From Bacillus sp. (in: firmicutes) (GTDB taxonomy: Bacteria; Bacillota; Bacilli; Bacillales; Bacillaceae_J), in the NCBI GenBank assembly GCA_012842745.1, contig DUSF01000004.1, forward strand, positions 12,818 through 76,817: a stretch of 64,000 bases of DNA. The letters run 5' to 3'. The notes below the pieces were generated by a model. The model had not been told where the DNA came from, searched no databases, and saw only the letters and a list, made by a program, of their open reading frames with translations. Positions 10,008-19,845 of the stretch are shown here, in pieces; within the stretch, counting starts at the first letter, position 1; each line of letters opens with the position of its first letter. The translations under genes and the position numbers were made by a program.

Positions 10008-11171
10008 TCATAACGACATTTTTAAAATTTCAAGTGCATCTTCTCTAGTTAATTTTTTAAAATTGCCAAATTCTCCTCTTGCCATCGCCTTATCTGCCAT
10101 CAATTCAAGTTTTGAGTCATCAATATGATAATAGGCGAGTCTATCAGGCGCACCGATTGAAGTCCAAAAAACACGAAGTCTCTCGATACCTTCAACAGCT
10201 ATTTCACGGTCATCTTTTCCAGTTGGATTAACGTTAAACACGCGGATGGCTAGCTGTTTAAATTTTTTCACATTTTCATCTAATACATGAAGCATCCAGT
10301 TCGGATGGATAATCGCTAAGCCGCCGCCATGCGGTATATCATAAACAGCCGAAACAGCATGTTCAATATTATGTGTTGCCCAATCACCTTGCATCCCCAT
10401 TGCTAAAATTCCATTCAAGGCAATCGTACCTGAGTACAGAATCGTCTCCCGTAATTCATAGTTTTCAAGGTCATTAACGAGCTTAGGTGCAGCTTCCATT
10501 ACTGTTTTTAAAACAGCTTCACACATTCGGTCTTGCAGCGCTGTGTTTGGTGTTCGCGAAAAATATTGTTCAAATACATGTGACATCATATCAACGATTC
10601 CATAAATCGTCTGATTTTTCGGCACTGATATCGTGTATTGCGGATCGAGAATAGAGAATTTAGGAAAAACGAACAGGCTTGACCATCCATATTTTTCATT
10701 CGTTTCCCAATTTGTAATAACAGAGCTTGGGTTCATTTCCGAGCCTGTTGCAGCTAATGTTAAGACAACCCCAAGCGGGAGAGCATCCACAGCAGTTGTT
10801 TTACGGGTAATAATATCCCAAACATCGCCATCATACTTCGCCCCAACGGCGATTGCTTTTGCACAATCAATTACACTGCCGCCGCCAACTGCCAAAATAA
10901 ATTCAATTTTTTCTTTTTTGCATATGTCAATGCCTATATGTACGGTAGATAATCTTGGGTTAGGCTCCACATCAGGAAGTTCATATGTTATTGCGTTAGT
11001 TTCTTTTAATAATTGCGTAATTTTGTCATAAAGGCCACTTCTCTTAATACTTCCCCCACCATATACAAATAATATCTTTGTTCCATACTTAGATATTTCA
11101 TTTTGAAGGTGTTCTATTTGTTCTTTGCCGAAAATTAATTTGGTTGGATTATGAAACATAAAACTTTGCAT
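10008..11171 (-). CDS. yugJ: Iron-containing (group III) alcohol dehydrogenase, YugJ/YugK-like
   Basis: [20 protein letters not shown] and the His-rich metal site ([20 protein letters not shown]). Its stop overlaps the pgi upstream region. The start is uncertain (TTG 11186 or ATG 11171). Confidence 0.85.
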   Translation of the reverse strand: MQSFMFHNPTKLIFGKEQIEHLQNEISKYGTKILFVYGGGSIKRSGLYDKITQLLKETNAITYELPDVEPNPRLSTVHIGIDICKKEKIEFILAVGGGSVIDCAKAIAVGAKYDGDVWDIITRKTTAVDALPLGVVLTLAATGSEMNPSSVITNWETNEKYGWSSLFVFPKFSILDPQYTISVPKNQTIYGIVDMMSHVFEQYFSRTPNTALQDRMCEAVLKTVMEAAPKLVNDLENYELRETILYSGTIALNGILAMGMQGDWATHNIEHAVSAVYDIPHGGGLAIIHPNWMLHVLDENVKKFKQLAIRVFNVNPTGKDDREIAVEGIERLRVFWTSIGAPDRLAYYHIDDSKLELMADKAMARGEFGNFKKLTREDALEILKMSL

Positions 11172-11448
11172 ATGAGCGTTCTGCAACTCCTTTCAAGAAA
11201 GTTCAATATGGTAATATTATACGATATTTTCCAGCGTATGTTAAACCTACACTTTAGCATACTTTTACAAATTGGGGAGGATGTGATGACTAATCCCACT
11301 TCTTTTTATATTTAAATCGGTATTTATACCTATCAAAAAACAATTTATTATAAATTTATTATAATATATAGTATTTTTTTAGTACTAATGGTATAGTTTG
11401 GTTAGGAGGGAGTTTCCAATATTACCAATTTGAAGGGGATGGATTCGA

Positions 11449-12057
11449 ATGAAAAAATGTTTACAATCTTTTAAAAAGGGGAAAAAGGGGAATTTTCTAA
11501 TAGCTACTCTTTTACTAGCAATGCTACTTGTTTTTAGTGGCTGTTCAGCGGAAAAGTCAAGCACAGTTTCCGAAAACGGGCCAACCGCAAGTCCAGCACC
11601 AATCAGTACTGATGCAGATAAAACTGAAAGCGTTTTCAGTGATGGGAAGGTGGAGGCTGCTTCTAATGTAGTAACCTATGAAACTCATGTTAAAGATTTA
11701 ATTGCCAGCAACTGTTTAACATGTCATGGTAGCGATTCACCCACAATGGATGAGTTTAATAATGATTCAGATAAATATTCTGCCATGATGAAAGGTCCGC
11801 GTTTTGATAGTTATGAAAATCTATTAGTTGCCGTAAACGGTTCTGAAGCTGGTGCTTTAATGAGAAGGCTTGATGATGGCGCAAATCGTGAGAATGGAGA
11901 GCCAGGAAACATGTATCAAAATCTAGGTAAAACAGATGAAGAAAGACAGCAAAATTTAGAAATGTTAAAACAATGGGTCGGCCATTGGACTTTAAAGCGT
12001 GCCGACGAGTTAACTGATGAAGATCGTGAAAAATTTAAAGTACTGGAAAATAATTAA
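11449..12057 (+). CDS. Lipoprotein with a single CxxCH haem c motif (c-type cytochrome-like)
   Basis: Lipobox LVFSGC. A low-complexity linker, then VKDLIASNCLTCHG. It is not present at this position in the B. subtilis yug block. Confidence 0.55.
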   Translation: MKKCLQSFKKGKKGNFLIATLLLAMLLVFSGCSAEKSSTVSENGPTASPAPISTDADKTESVFSDGKVEAASNVVTYETHVKDLIASNCLTCHGSDSPTMDEFNNDSDKYSAMMKGPRFDSYENLLVAVNGSEAGALMRRLDDGANRENGEPGNMYQNLGKTDEERQQNLEMLKQWVGHWTLKRADELTDEDREKFKVLENN

Positions 12058-12115
12058 AAATGAAAATACTTTAGGATAGGCGCAAAACTTTACTGATACC
12101 ATATAAAACTCTTAT

Positions 12116-12154
12116 AAAAAAAGAAGGCAATGATGTAACGATTGCCTTCTTTTT
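12116..12154. terminator. Bidirectional terminator between convergent genes
   Basis: GAAGGCAAT-9 nt loop-ATTGCCTTC, flanked by A7 and T5. Confidence 0.8.
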
Positions 12155-12162
12155 CCAACCAT

Positions 12163-12585
12163 TTATTTTTTCAATAATTTTTCACGATCAGATGATTGTT
12201 TAATCCAGCCCTCAAGCTTGTCTTTTAAAGTATTAAATCCTGTAGCATTTGCAGCATCAAGCTGCTCTTGACTTTTACTTATTTGCGGATGAGGCTTTCT
12301 TTCCTTTTTCGGGCGAGCCTGTGCTTCAGCTTGTTCAGGCGCTTCCTGTGTAGCTTTAATTGAAAGGCTAATCTTCCCATTTCCCTCATCAACCGATAAA
12401 ACTTTTACCTTCACCTCATCTCCTACAGCTAAATGTTCGCTTACATCCTTCACGTAGCCGTGGGTAATTTCTGAAATATGAACTAAACCTTGTGTGTTTT
12501 CATCAAGAGCAACAAATGCCCCATAAGGTTGAACACCCGTTACTTTTCCGACTAATTCACGACCAACTTCATACTTTTCTGACAT
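12163..12585 (-). CDS. yugI: S1 RNA-binding domain protein (general stress protein 13-like)
   Basis: S1 domain (VGKVTGVQPYGAFVALDENTQGLVHISEITHGYVKDV) plus a basic tail. It occupies the yugI position. Confidence 0.85.
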   Translation of the reverse strand: MSEKYEVGRELVGKVTGVQPYGAFVALDENTQGLVHISEITHGYVKDVSEHLAVGDEVKVKVLSVDEGNGKISLSIKATQEAPEQAEAQARPKKERKPHPQISKSQEQLDAANATGFNTLKDKLEGWIKQSSDREKLLKK

Positions 12586-12721
12586 GGAAACACTCCTAAT
12601 TTATACATTTTTTCTGCGCATTAAACAACTATATCACAATTAGCCTACTTTATCAAAAACAACGCCATCACATCACTATTTTATGCAAATAAATGATTTT
12701 TTATTTAACAAACAAAAGCCC

Positions 12722-12752
12722 AAAAAATAAAGCAGCCCAATGCCTTGGGCTA
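12722..12752 (-). terminator. Rho-independent terminator of the aminotransferase gene
   Basis: The minus strand reads AGCCCAA-GGCA-TTGGGCT followed by a T-rich tract. It overlaps the stop codon. Confidence 0.7.
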
Positions 12753-13934
12753 CTTTTTATACTGTACTTGTAATTTTTCAACAAAACGTTTCATACGTTT
12801 TATAGCTTCTTTAAGTTGTTCCATTGAGGTGGCGTAAGAACAACGAACATGTCCTGCGCCGCTTGCTCCAAAAACATCACCAGGGACAACCGCGACTTTT
12901 TCTTCCATTAATAAATTTTGAGCAAACTCTTCAGAAGTTAAGCCTGTTCTTTTAATGGATGGAAAAGCGTAGAACGCTCCTCCTGGCATGTGGCAGTCAA
13001 GACCAATTTCATTTAATGATTTTACGAAATAATTGCGACGTTGCAGATAGCTCCTTTGCATTGAAGCAACATCATCCATCCCATTCTTCAGTCCTTCAAT
13101 CGCCCCATGTTGGGCCATTGTAGGTGCACACATCATTGTATGTTGGTGGATTTTCAGCATCGCTTGGATAAAAACAGTTGGACCTACTACAAAGCCTAAA
13201 CGCCAGCCAGTCATCGCAAAGCCTTTTGAAAAACCATTAATGACAATTGTTCGCTCACGCATTCCAGAAACGGACGCAAAGCTTGCGTATCCACCTTCAT
13301 AACATAATTCAGCATAAATTTCATCTGAAAAAACAATCAAATCATGTTTCTCAACGATTTCAGCAATTTTCTCCAGCTCTGACCTCACTAACAACGATCC
13401 TGTAGGATTGTTAGGCGAACAAATTAAAATCGCTTTTGTTCTTGGTGTGATCACTTCTTCAATTTGTTCTGGCTGCAGCTTAAACTCATTTTCAGCCGTT
13501 GTCCGAACAGGTACAGGGATTCCACCAGCCAATTCAACAATCGACGCATAGGCAACGAAACAAGGTTCCACAATAATGACTTCATCGCCAGGATTAATAG
13601 TTGCACGAACCGCCAAGTCCAATGCTTGACTTGCCCCAACGGTAACCACTATCTCTTCTTCCGGTGAGTAGCCGACTCCAAAACGACTATTCATATATTT
13701 ACTAATTTCACGGCGCAGCTCGATTAAACCAGCATTTGCCGTATAGGCTGTGTAACCTTGTTCTAATGAAAGGATACTTGCTTCCCTAATTGCCCATGAT
13801 GTAACAAAGTCGGGCTCCCCTACACCTAAAGAAATAACCCCTTCCATTCCAGAAGCCAAATCAAAAAAGCGACGGATTCCAGAAGGCTTAAGGTTAATCA
13901 CCTTATCTGATAAATAACGCTGTTCTTCAATCAT
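12750..13934 (-). CDS. alaT: PLP-dependent aminotransferase class I (AlaT/YugH-like)
   Basis: Motifs SPNNPTG and the PLP-lysine region SFSKGFAMTGWRLG. It is paired with an upstream Lrp-type regulator, as in B. subtilis alaR-alaT. Confidence 0.85.
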   Translation of the reverse strand: MIEEQRYLSDKVINLKPSGIRRFFDLASGMEGVISLGVGEPDFVTSWAIREASILSLEQGYTAYTANAGLIELRREISKYMNSRFGVGYSPEEEIVVTVGASQALDLAVRATINPGDEVIIVEPCFVAYASIVELAGGIPVPVRTTAENEFKLQPEQIEEVITPRTKAILICSPNNPTGSLLVRSELEKIAEIVEKHDLIVFSDEIYAELCYEGGYASFASVSGMRERTIVINGFSKGFAMTGWRLGFVVGPTVFIQAMLKIHQHTMMCAPTMAQHGAIEGLKNGMDDVASMQRSYLQRRNYFVKSLNEIGLDCHMPGGAFYAFPSIKRTGLTSEEFAQNLLMEEKVAVVPGDVFGASGAGHVRCSYATSMEQLKEAIKRMKRFVEKLQVQYKK

Positions 13935-14428
13935 GGTGTCACCACAATCCTGCGGTCTTTTTCATCATTCCCAAAAATTGTGCCGTCATGCTTGTATTTT
14001 TTCATGATGAAATGAGTTGTTGTTGAAACAACTGAATCTAATGCAGAGAGCTTTTCTGAAACGAAACGGGAAACCTCATGCAATGTTTTGCCTTCGATGA
14101 CAACAGATAAATCATAGGCACCAGACATTAAATAGACGGACTGCACTTCCGGGAAACGATAAATTCTTTCGGCAATATCGTCAAAGCCTCGATCCCGCTT
14201 CGGTGTTACTTTTACATCAATCATCGCTGTGACACCTTGGTCACGCGCCTCCACCTTTTGCCAATCTATAACTGTCAAATATTTAAGTATAATTTGGCCG
14301 TTTTCCATTCTTTCAATAATTTCTTCTGTTTCTTTCACAGATAGGTCGACCATCTTCGCAAGATCTTCCATCGCTAAGCGGCCATTCTTTTCAAGAATCT
14401 CTAGAATTTCTACTTCTTTTTGATTCAT
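13931..14428 (-). CDS. alaR: Lrp/AsnC-family transcriptional regulator (AlaR/YugG-like)
   Basis: N-terminal HTH (ILEILEKNGRLAMEDLAKMVDLS) plus an AsnC-type ligand-binding domain. It overlaps the alaT start by 4 nt. Start moved to Met4, which has an AGGGAG SD. Confidence 0.8.
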   Translation of the reverse strand: MNQKEVEILEILEKNGRLAMEDLAKMVDLSVKETEEIIERMENGQIILKYLTVIDWQKVEARDQGVTAMIDVKVTPKRDRGFDDIAERIYRFPEVQSVYLMSGAYDLSVVIEGKTLHEVSRFVSEKLSALDSVVSTTTHFIMKKYKHDGTIFGNDEKDRRIVVTP

Positions 14429-14471
14429 GGGTGACACTCCCTAGATTTATATAGTTTTAAGTCCAATTATA

Positions 14472-15008
14472 TCAAAAACTTGAGAAATTTCTAGTGAATG
14501 CTCCCAATTTGTTAAGCAATAGCTCCTGTTCACCCTTAACTAAATGCTCCTCAACCAATGGAAAAAGTACATTTTCCTCATTACAAATATGTTCAATAAG
14601 CGTTGCACTTGCAATCTCTAAACAGGATAAAAGCGATAATGCTTCGATTGGGGTGAACGGGCCTTCGCGTTTTTGAAACGTCTCGATAAACTGGACAATT
14701 TTATGCTCAACGGTTTTATGCTCATGATCCATTACCATTAAAATGTTGTCATCTTCCTCAACATAATTCTTTATTAATGGAAAAAGAAAGTGTTCTTCTT
14801 TGTATATTTGTATTTTTAATTGAGAAAAAATAATCACAGCACGCTCAAACAACTGAAACCATTTCAAGTCACATTCTTGTTCAAAGGAACTTTGTTGTAA
14901 TTCATGCACTAATTCGGAAATGGCTTGCATTTGTTCCAATAGCATTTGATGTGAATTCTTTAGTTGGTCAAGTGGTTTACATTTAACATTTCCTTTGACA
15001 TCATTCAT
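14472..15008 (-). CDS. Hemerythrin-like (HHE cation-binding) domain protein
   Basis: Two repeats, each with H/E metal-ligand patterns and an LFPL(I/V) motif (EEHFLFPLIKNY...MDHEHKTVEHK...EENVLFPLVEEH). This resembles the RIC/DnrN-type di-iron proteins found in denitrifiers. Confidence 0.5.
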   Translation of the reverse strand: MNDVKGNVKCKPLDQLKNSHQMLLEQMQAISELVHELQQSSFEQECDLKWFQLFERAVIIFSQLKIQIYKEEHFLFPLIKNYVEEDDNILMVMDHEHKTVEHKIVQFIETFQKREGPFTPIEALSLLSCLEIASATLIEHICNEENVLFPLVEEHLVKGEQELLLNKLGAFTRNFSSF

Positions 15009-15070
15009 CTAAACAACAGCTCCTTTTAATATAAGATACTATTAGCATACTCTGAATGGCTGTCCAGCAA

Positions 15071-15086
15071 AATGAACTTTATCACA
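15071..15086 (-). promoter_or_regulatory. Possible degenerate Crp/Fnr-type box upstream of the hemerythrin-like gene
   Basis: The minus strand reads TGTGATAAAGTTCATT (TGTGA-N6-TCAtt). Its centre is 32 bp from the centre of a TATGCT -10 candidate (rc of 15044-15049). Confidence 0.3.
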
Positions 15087-15111
15087 TTTTTCCGCAATAA
15101 ACTTTTTTCTG

Positions 15112-16518
15112 TTACCCCTCAAAAACAGGCAACTTTATAAAAACCGTTGTCCCTTCTCCCACTTCACTTTCAATAATAAAATCTCCTTCATGAAGCTGGA
15201 TAATTTTTTGAACAATTGCGATTCCTAACCCCGTACCACCATATTGACGGGTTCTTGCTTTATCAATTCTAAAAAAGCGCTCGCCAATGCGATACAAATC
15301 CTCTTTCGGTATACCGATGCCATTGTCTTTAATGGCGATTGTACACATATTGCCTTTCGATTTTTCTAAAGAAACACGTATAAATGAGTTTTCAGGTGAA
15401 TAACGGATTGCATTTTCAACAATATTTTGTACAACCTGCTCCATTCGGTCTTGATCCCCCATAATGATAATTTCGGGGTCAAGCTCTTTCTCTAAAACTA
15501 CCTTTTTCTCATGCAAAAATGGATCGAATTTTTCCAGTGCTTCTTCGATTAATTGTGCTAATGCTAGTGGCTGTTTGTCCATTGGCAAAGATTTGCCCTC
15601 CAATTGTGCTAAGTCCAGCAAATCACGGACTAACCGCTGCATTCTACCTGCTTCACGATGAATCAATTGTAAATATTTACCTGCATCTTCCTTTTTTGAT
15701 ACTGTTCCATCTAAAATGGCCTCGCTATAGCCTTTTATATAACTGATTGGCGTCCGTAGCTCATGGGATACATTCCCTAAAAATTCCTTGCGCCGCTCAT
15801 CTTCTTCTTGGATTGCTTGAGACATTTGATTAAAAGCCACACCAAGTCTGCCAATTTCATCATTGGATTGAACATAGACTTTTTCACTGAAATCGCCTTT
15901 TGACATTTTATAAGCAACGCGCTCCATTTCATTTAATGGTGTTGTTAATTTTTTGACGATTTGTTTCCCGACAAGTAGGGCTATTAAGCTTAGGATAAGA
16001 GTAATAATCATAATAATAAGGCTCGCTTCTTCAAACACTTCATTTACTGAAGCTAGTGGTACGTATAAATATAAAATTCCTCTCAGCCGCTTTTCTTCTA
16101 AAAGAGGGACAATGACACCCATTATATTCCGATCAAATTGTTTTTCGTAACCAATTTTTGTAATACTTTCACCATTTATGAGTTGTTCCCGTTCTTCAGC
16201 ACCAATTAATGACTGATGATTTACATCAAACGGTAAACATGCACTTAATTCTTTTGGGTCATTTACGATGAACACTTCAGATTGGGAGATTTTATTATAC
16301 CATTGCACTTTTTCCTGCAATTCGGGTGTTAGCACCCCACCTTTATATTCTTTTGCTAAATTGAAGCCTTCTTTCCTGAGATTTGCTTCGACATCATCGA
16401 CATAAATTTTTTTATACAAATAATGGGTCATTCCGTAGGAAACAGTAATTCCAATTAACATTACAATACTTACGATAATCCATAGCTTTTGTCCTAATGA
16501 TAGCGTGTGTTTTTTCAT
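15112..16518 (-). CDS. Sensor histidine kinase (extracytoplasmic sensor, HAMP, HisKA, HATPase)
   Basis: H-box SHELRTPISYIKGY, N-box NAIRYSP, G1 DNGIGIP, G2 GGTGLGIAIV. Two TM helices bracket a ~130-aa outside loop. Confidence 0.9.
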   Translation of the reverse strand: MKKHTLSLGQKLWIIVSIVMLIGITVSYGMTHYLYKKIYVDDVEANLRKEGFNLAKEYKGGVLTPELQEKVQWYNKISQSEVFIVNDPKELSACLPFDVNHQSLIGAEEREQLINGESITKIGYEKQFDRNIMGVIVPLLEEKRLRGILYLYVPLASVNEVFEEASLIIMIITLILSLIALLVGKQIVKKLTTPLNEMERVAYKMSKGDFSEKVYVQSNDEIGRLGVAFNQMSQAIQEEDERRKEFLGNVSHELRTPISYIKGYSEAILDGTVSKKEDAGKYLQLIHREAGRMQRLVRDLLDLAQLEGKSLPMDKQPLALAQLIEEALEKFDPFLHEKKVVLEKELDPEIIIMGDQDRMEQVVQNIVENAIRYSPENSFIRVSLEKSKGNMCTIAIKDNGIGIPKEDLYRIGERFFRIDKARTRQYGGTGLGIAIVQKIIQLHEGDFIIESEVGEGTTVFIKLPVFEG

Positions 16519-17198
16519 TATAAGACCTCAAATTTATAGCCAATTCCCCAAACCGTTTGAATTAAATTGCCATGTTCTTTAAGCTTTAGGCGCAATGTTT
16601 TAATATGCGTGTCGACTGTTCGTACACCACCAATGTAATCAAAGCCCCAAACATTTTCCAATAATTGTTCGCGACTAAGCGCCTGCCCGTTGTGACGGCA
16701 GAAAAATAGCAACAGTTCATATTCCTTCAATGTTAAGTTAATCAATTCGCCACCAAGATAAACTTGCCTGCCCTTTAGATTTAAAACAATCGGACCGAAT
16801 GCTAATTGTTCCTCATCTTCACGCACGATCGGATTTGCACGCCTTAGGACAGCATCCACTCTCGCAATTAATTCATTTGGACTGAACGGTTTTACAACAT
16901 AATCGTCTGCACCAAGCTTCAAACCATAAACGCGGTCCCATTCATCACCTCTAGCCGTTAAAAAAATAATCGGCACTGATGAATCCTCTCTTACTTTCAT
17001 ACATAATGTAAGCCCATCAACCTTCGGCATCATCACATCGATGATCAGAAGGTCAAAAGAATTAGCTTTTAATAAATCCAAAGCAACTTCTCCATCTTCT
17101 GCTTCAACACAATGGAATCCCTCTTTTTCAAGGTACATACGCACAAGTTGCCTCATATCAGCTTCATCATCAACAATTAGTACTTTTCCTTTGTTCAT
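16518..17198 (-). CDS. OmpR/PhoB-family response regulator
   Basis: Receiver domain (VLIVDDE...LLIIDVMMPKVDG...KPF) plus a winged-helix output (TVDTHIKTLRLKL...TVWGIGYKF). It overlaps the HK start by 1 nt. Confidence 0.9.
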   Translation of the reverse strand: MNKGKVLIVDDEADMRQLVRMYLEKEGFHCVEAEDGEVALDLLKANSFDLLIIDVMMPKVDGLTLCMKVREDSSVPIIFLTARGDEWDRVYGLKLGADDYVVKPFSPNELIARVDAVLRRANPIVREDEEQLAFGPIVLNLKGRQVYLGGELINLTLKEYELLLFFCRHNGQALSREQLLENVWGFDYIGGVRTVDTHIKTLRLKLKEHGNLIQTVWGIGYKFEVL

Positions 17199-17201
17199 TG
17201 C

Positions 17202-18179
17202 TCATACCTCTTTTTTGTACAAAATTTGAAAAGGCCCTTTTCCTGCCTTCATTGAACCAACAATCTTCATACTAATAGGATCAACAACTATAATTTCATT
17301 ACTATCATAGCTTGCACAATAAATTAGATTATTAATAATTGAGATTTCAAATGGATTTGCACCAACTTCTATTGTTGCGACGACTTTCTTTGTATTCATA
17401 TGAATTTTACGTAGTTGATTCGATCCATGACTGACAACGTAAACATAATCCCCATATTTCTCTAAGTCTACTGGCATGATTGGTGCTTTTACCTCTTGTT
17501 TTATTTCACCTGTATCAATTGAATAAATTGTTACTGCATTTTCTGCTTCAAGACCTGGACCATGTCCACCTGTCCAAAGCTCCCCTAACATTTCTATAAG
17601 AACAGCACCAACTGAAGCAGGCTTAGATTGTATTTCTTTTTTCACTTCTAACGTATTACTATTAATAACCGAAATAAGCGGATTATGAAAATTGATAATA
17701 TATAATTCCTCCCGCTGGCTATATTCCAATATTGTCAGCGGACCATCACCAACACGTATTTCCTTTACCATCTTTCCTGCCAATGTTCTTACTTGAATTG
17801 TATCATTTTGTTGATTAGCCAAATAGAGTCTTGAATGATCGTTCGAAATTTGGACATTTACTATACCTTCGCCAGTCTTCCAGCGACCCACCTCTCTTCC
17901 AGTCGTGACATCATACAAGTAGATTCTTTTTAAATGCTTTCCATATAAAAGGATTGTCTTACGATCCGGGAGCAGCGTTGCACCTGTAAAAGTATAAGGC
18001 ATAATCCATTTGGCTACCTCACTTCTAGTTTCTTCTTCATAAAATGATAAACTGTTCTCTAGCAAGTTTACGACAATTACTTGCGAAGTTTTTGAATCTA
18101 TTTTTTCATATTGTTTTAACTGACAGCTTGTCAATAATAACGGGATGACAAAAACGATCATCCAACGTATTTTGCTCAT
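17202..18179 (-). CDS. Beta-propeller lipoprotein (YVTN/YncE-like repeats), first gene of the RR-HK operon
   Basis: Lipobox LLLTSC. Repeated ~40-aa units carry the V..G..P pattern (IRVGDGPLTI, IEVGANPFEI, MKAGKGPFQI). Its stop is 3 nt before the RR start. Confidence 0.65.
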   Translation of the reverse strand: MSKIRWMIVFVIPLLLTSCQLKQYEKIDSKTSQVIVVNLLENSLSFYEEETRSEVAKWIMPYTFTGATLLPDRKTILLYGKHLKRIYLYDVTTGREVGRWKTGEGIVNVQISNDHSRLYLANQQNDTIQVRTLAGKMVKEIRVGDGPLTILEYSQREELYIINFHNPLISVINSNTLEVKKEIQSKPASVGAVLIEMLGELWTGGHGPGLEAENAVTIYSIDTGEIKQEVKAPIMPVDLEKYGDYVYVVSHGSNQLRKIHMNTKKVVATIEVGANPFEISIINNLIYCASYDSNEIIVVDPISMKIVGSMKAGKGPFQILYKKEV

Positions 18180-18373
18180 TTTATTACCCCCGTATTTTGT
18201 TTCTACTCCTAGTATAATAGGTAGGTGTGAAAAAGTAATGAACTCAACTTTTTAAAAAATTTCTTAAAACTTTTCTATTATTATATAGATTCCTCACAAA
18301 TACTTCAAAAATATCTATTATCCTGTAGATGGTCTAAAAAATATTATAGAATTTTTGGAGGTTGAAGTTATTT

Positions 18374-19045
18374 ATGAAAAAACTATTAATGATTTTAATG
18401 GCTGTTGGATTAACCTCAGGCATCCTAGCTGGTTGTGGAACAGGGGCAAAAGAAAGTCAAGGCGGGACTTCTCCTAATAATGAAGCTGAAGTAGAAAATG
18501 GACAAGCGGCGCAAACTGAAAATACAGCAACAGATAATGGAGCAGAAAAGAAAGATATTGCACAAGTTACTGCAACACCTACAGAACCAGGTGAAGGCGA
18601 AACGTGTTCAATGTGTGATATGGAGGTTTATCACCATGACCATGAAATGGGGAAATTCACAGGCCAAGTTGTAACAGCTGATGGCAAACACTTATTTACA
18701 GATGATGTGGGCTGTTTATTGAATCAAGTCCGTATTCTTGAAGAGAAGCCACAAGGCGCTTGGGTTCGTGATTACAATACTTTAGAGTGGGTGCCAGTAG
18801 GTGATGCAACACCAGTAAGAGCAAGCATTGAAACTCCAATGAAAATGGGATTTGCATTATTTGGAACAAAAGAGGCTGCAGACAAATATGTTGCCGAAAA
18901 CCCAATGTTAGCTCCGGTTGTCACTTCAATGGATGATGTTGATAACATTGCTTTAGAACGTCGTAAGGTTAAGTTGGCGAAAATGAAAGAAGCAGAAGAA
19001 AAAGCAAAACCAGCGGAGAATATGGATGAGCATATGAACCACTAA
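18374..19045 (+). CDS. NosL-like copper-binding lipoprotein paralog with long linker and Met/His-rich tail
   Basis: Lipobox ILAGCG. A ~55-aa low-complexity linker, then a NosL-type core (CSMCDMEV...DDVGCLLNQ...WVRDYNTLEWVP) and a C-terminal ENMDEHMNH. Start moved to ATG 18374. Confidence 0.7.
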   Translation: MKKLLMILMAVGLTSGILAGCGTGAKESQGGTSPNNEAEVENGQAAQTENTATDNGAEKKDIAQVTATPTEPGEGETCSMCDMEVYHHDHEMGKFTGQVVTADGKHLFTDDVGCLLNQVRILEEKPQGAWVRDYNTLEWVPVGDATPVRASIETPMKMGFALFGTKEAADKYVAENPMLAPVVTSMDDVDNIALERRKVKLAKMKEAEEKAKPAENMDEHMNH

Positions 19046-19051
19046 AACAAT

Positions 19052-19091
19052 AACACCTTCTCTACATAGCTAGAGAAGGTGTTACCTTTTT
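19052..19091. terminator. Bidirectional terminator between the NosL-like gene and nosF
   Basis: AACACCTTCTCT-8 nt loop-AGAGAAGGTGTT (12-bp stem) followed by a T-rich tract. Confidence 0.8.
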
Positions 19092-19101
19092 AACTGTAAA
19101 A

Positions 19102-19845
19102 CTACGCTGTTTCTTCCGCCTTCACTAACGAAAAAAACACTTCCTCCAATGTCGTTTTAGCGTTACCGTCATCTTTTCCCTTCGTCAACGCTTCTACTGT
19201 ATCGTTGACTAACAACCTACCGCTATTCATAAACGCCACCCTGTCTGCCAGTTCTTCGACATCTGCTAAAATATGTGATGAAAACAAGATTGTTGTCCCT
19301 TTCTGTTTTTCTCCTTTTATAATATTTTTAAATTCCCGTACCCAATATGGATCAAGGCCATTGGTTGGCTCGTCTAAAATAAGCAAAGGAGCTTCAGGCA
19401 GCAAGCTTTGCGCTAAAGCTAATCTTTGCTGCATTCCTTTTGAATAGTTGCGGACTCTTTTATCTTTGTCTTTTGAAAGTCCAACTCTATCGAGCAGTAA
19501 CTCAACTCTAGATTGTGGAACGTTCGATAATTGTGCAAAAAAGCTTAAAACCTCGTACCCGCTTAATACTTTTGGGAATACCATCGCATCAGGCATATAG
19601 GAAAAAAGCGACTTATACATTGCTGCATTTGAGCTCATTGTGATACCTGATAACTTAACCGCTCCAGATGTCGGTTTTATATTGCCAATCATCATTTGGA
19701 TAACCGTACTTTTTCCAGCGCCATTGCCGCCGCAAAGTGCAAAGCATTCACCTTGGTAAATTTCAAAATTAATATGCTCAATCCGGTTAGTAGCATTATA
19801 AATTTTACTTAAGTCTTTGACTTCAACTATTCGCTTACGCTCCAT
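19102..19845 (-). CDS. nosF: ABC transporter ATP-binding protein NosF
   Basis: Walker A GGNGAGKST, signature YSKGMQQR, Walker B LLILDEP. It is the last gene of the nosD-L-Y-F operon and overlaps nosY by 11 nt. Confidence 0.8.
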   Translation of the reverse strand: MERKRIVEVKDLSKIYNATNRIEHINFEIYQGECFALCGGNGAGKSTVIQMMIGNIKPTSGAVKLSGITMSSNAAMYKSLFSYMPDAMVFPKVLSGYEVLSFFAQLSNVPQSRVELLLDRVGLSKDKDKRVRNYSKGMQQRLALAQSLLPEAPLLILDEPTNGLDPYWVREFKNIIKGEKQKGTTILFSSHILADVEELADRVAFMNSGRLLVNDTVEALTKGKDDGNAKTTLEEVFFSLVKAEETA

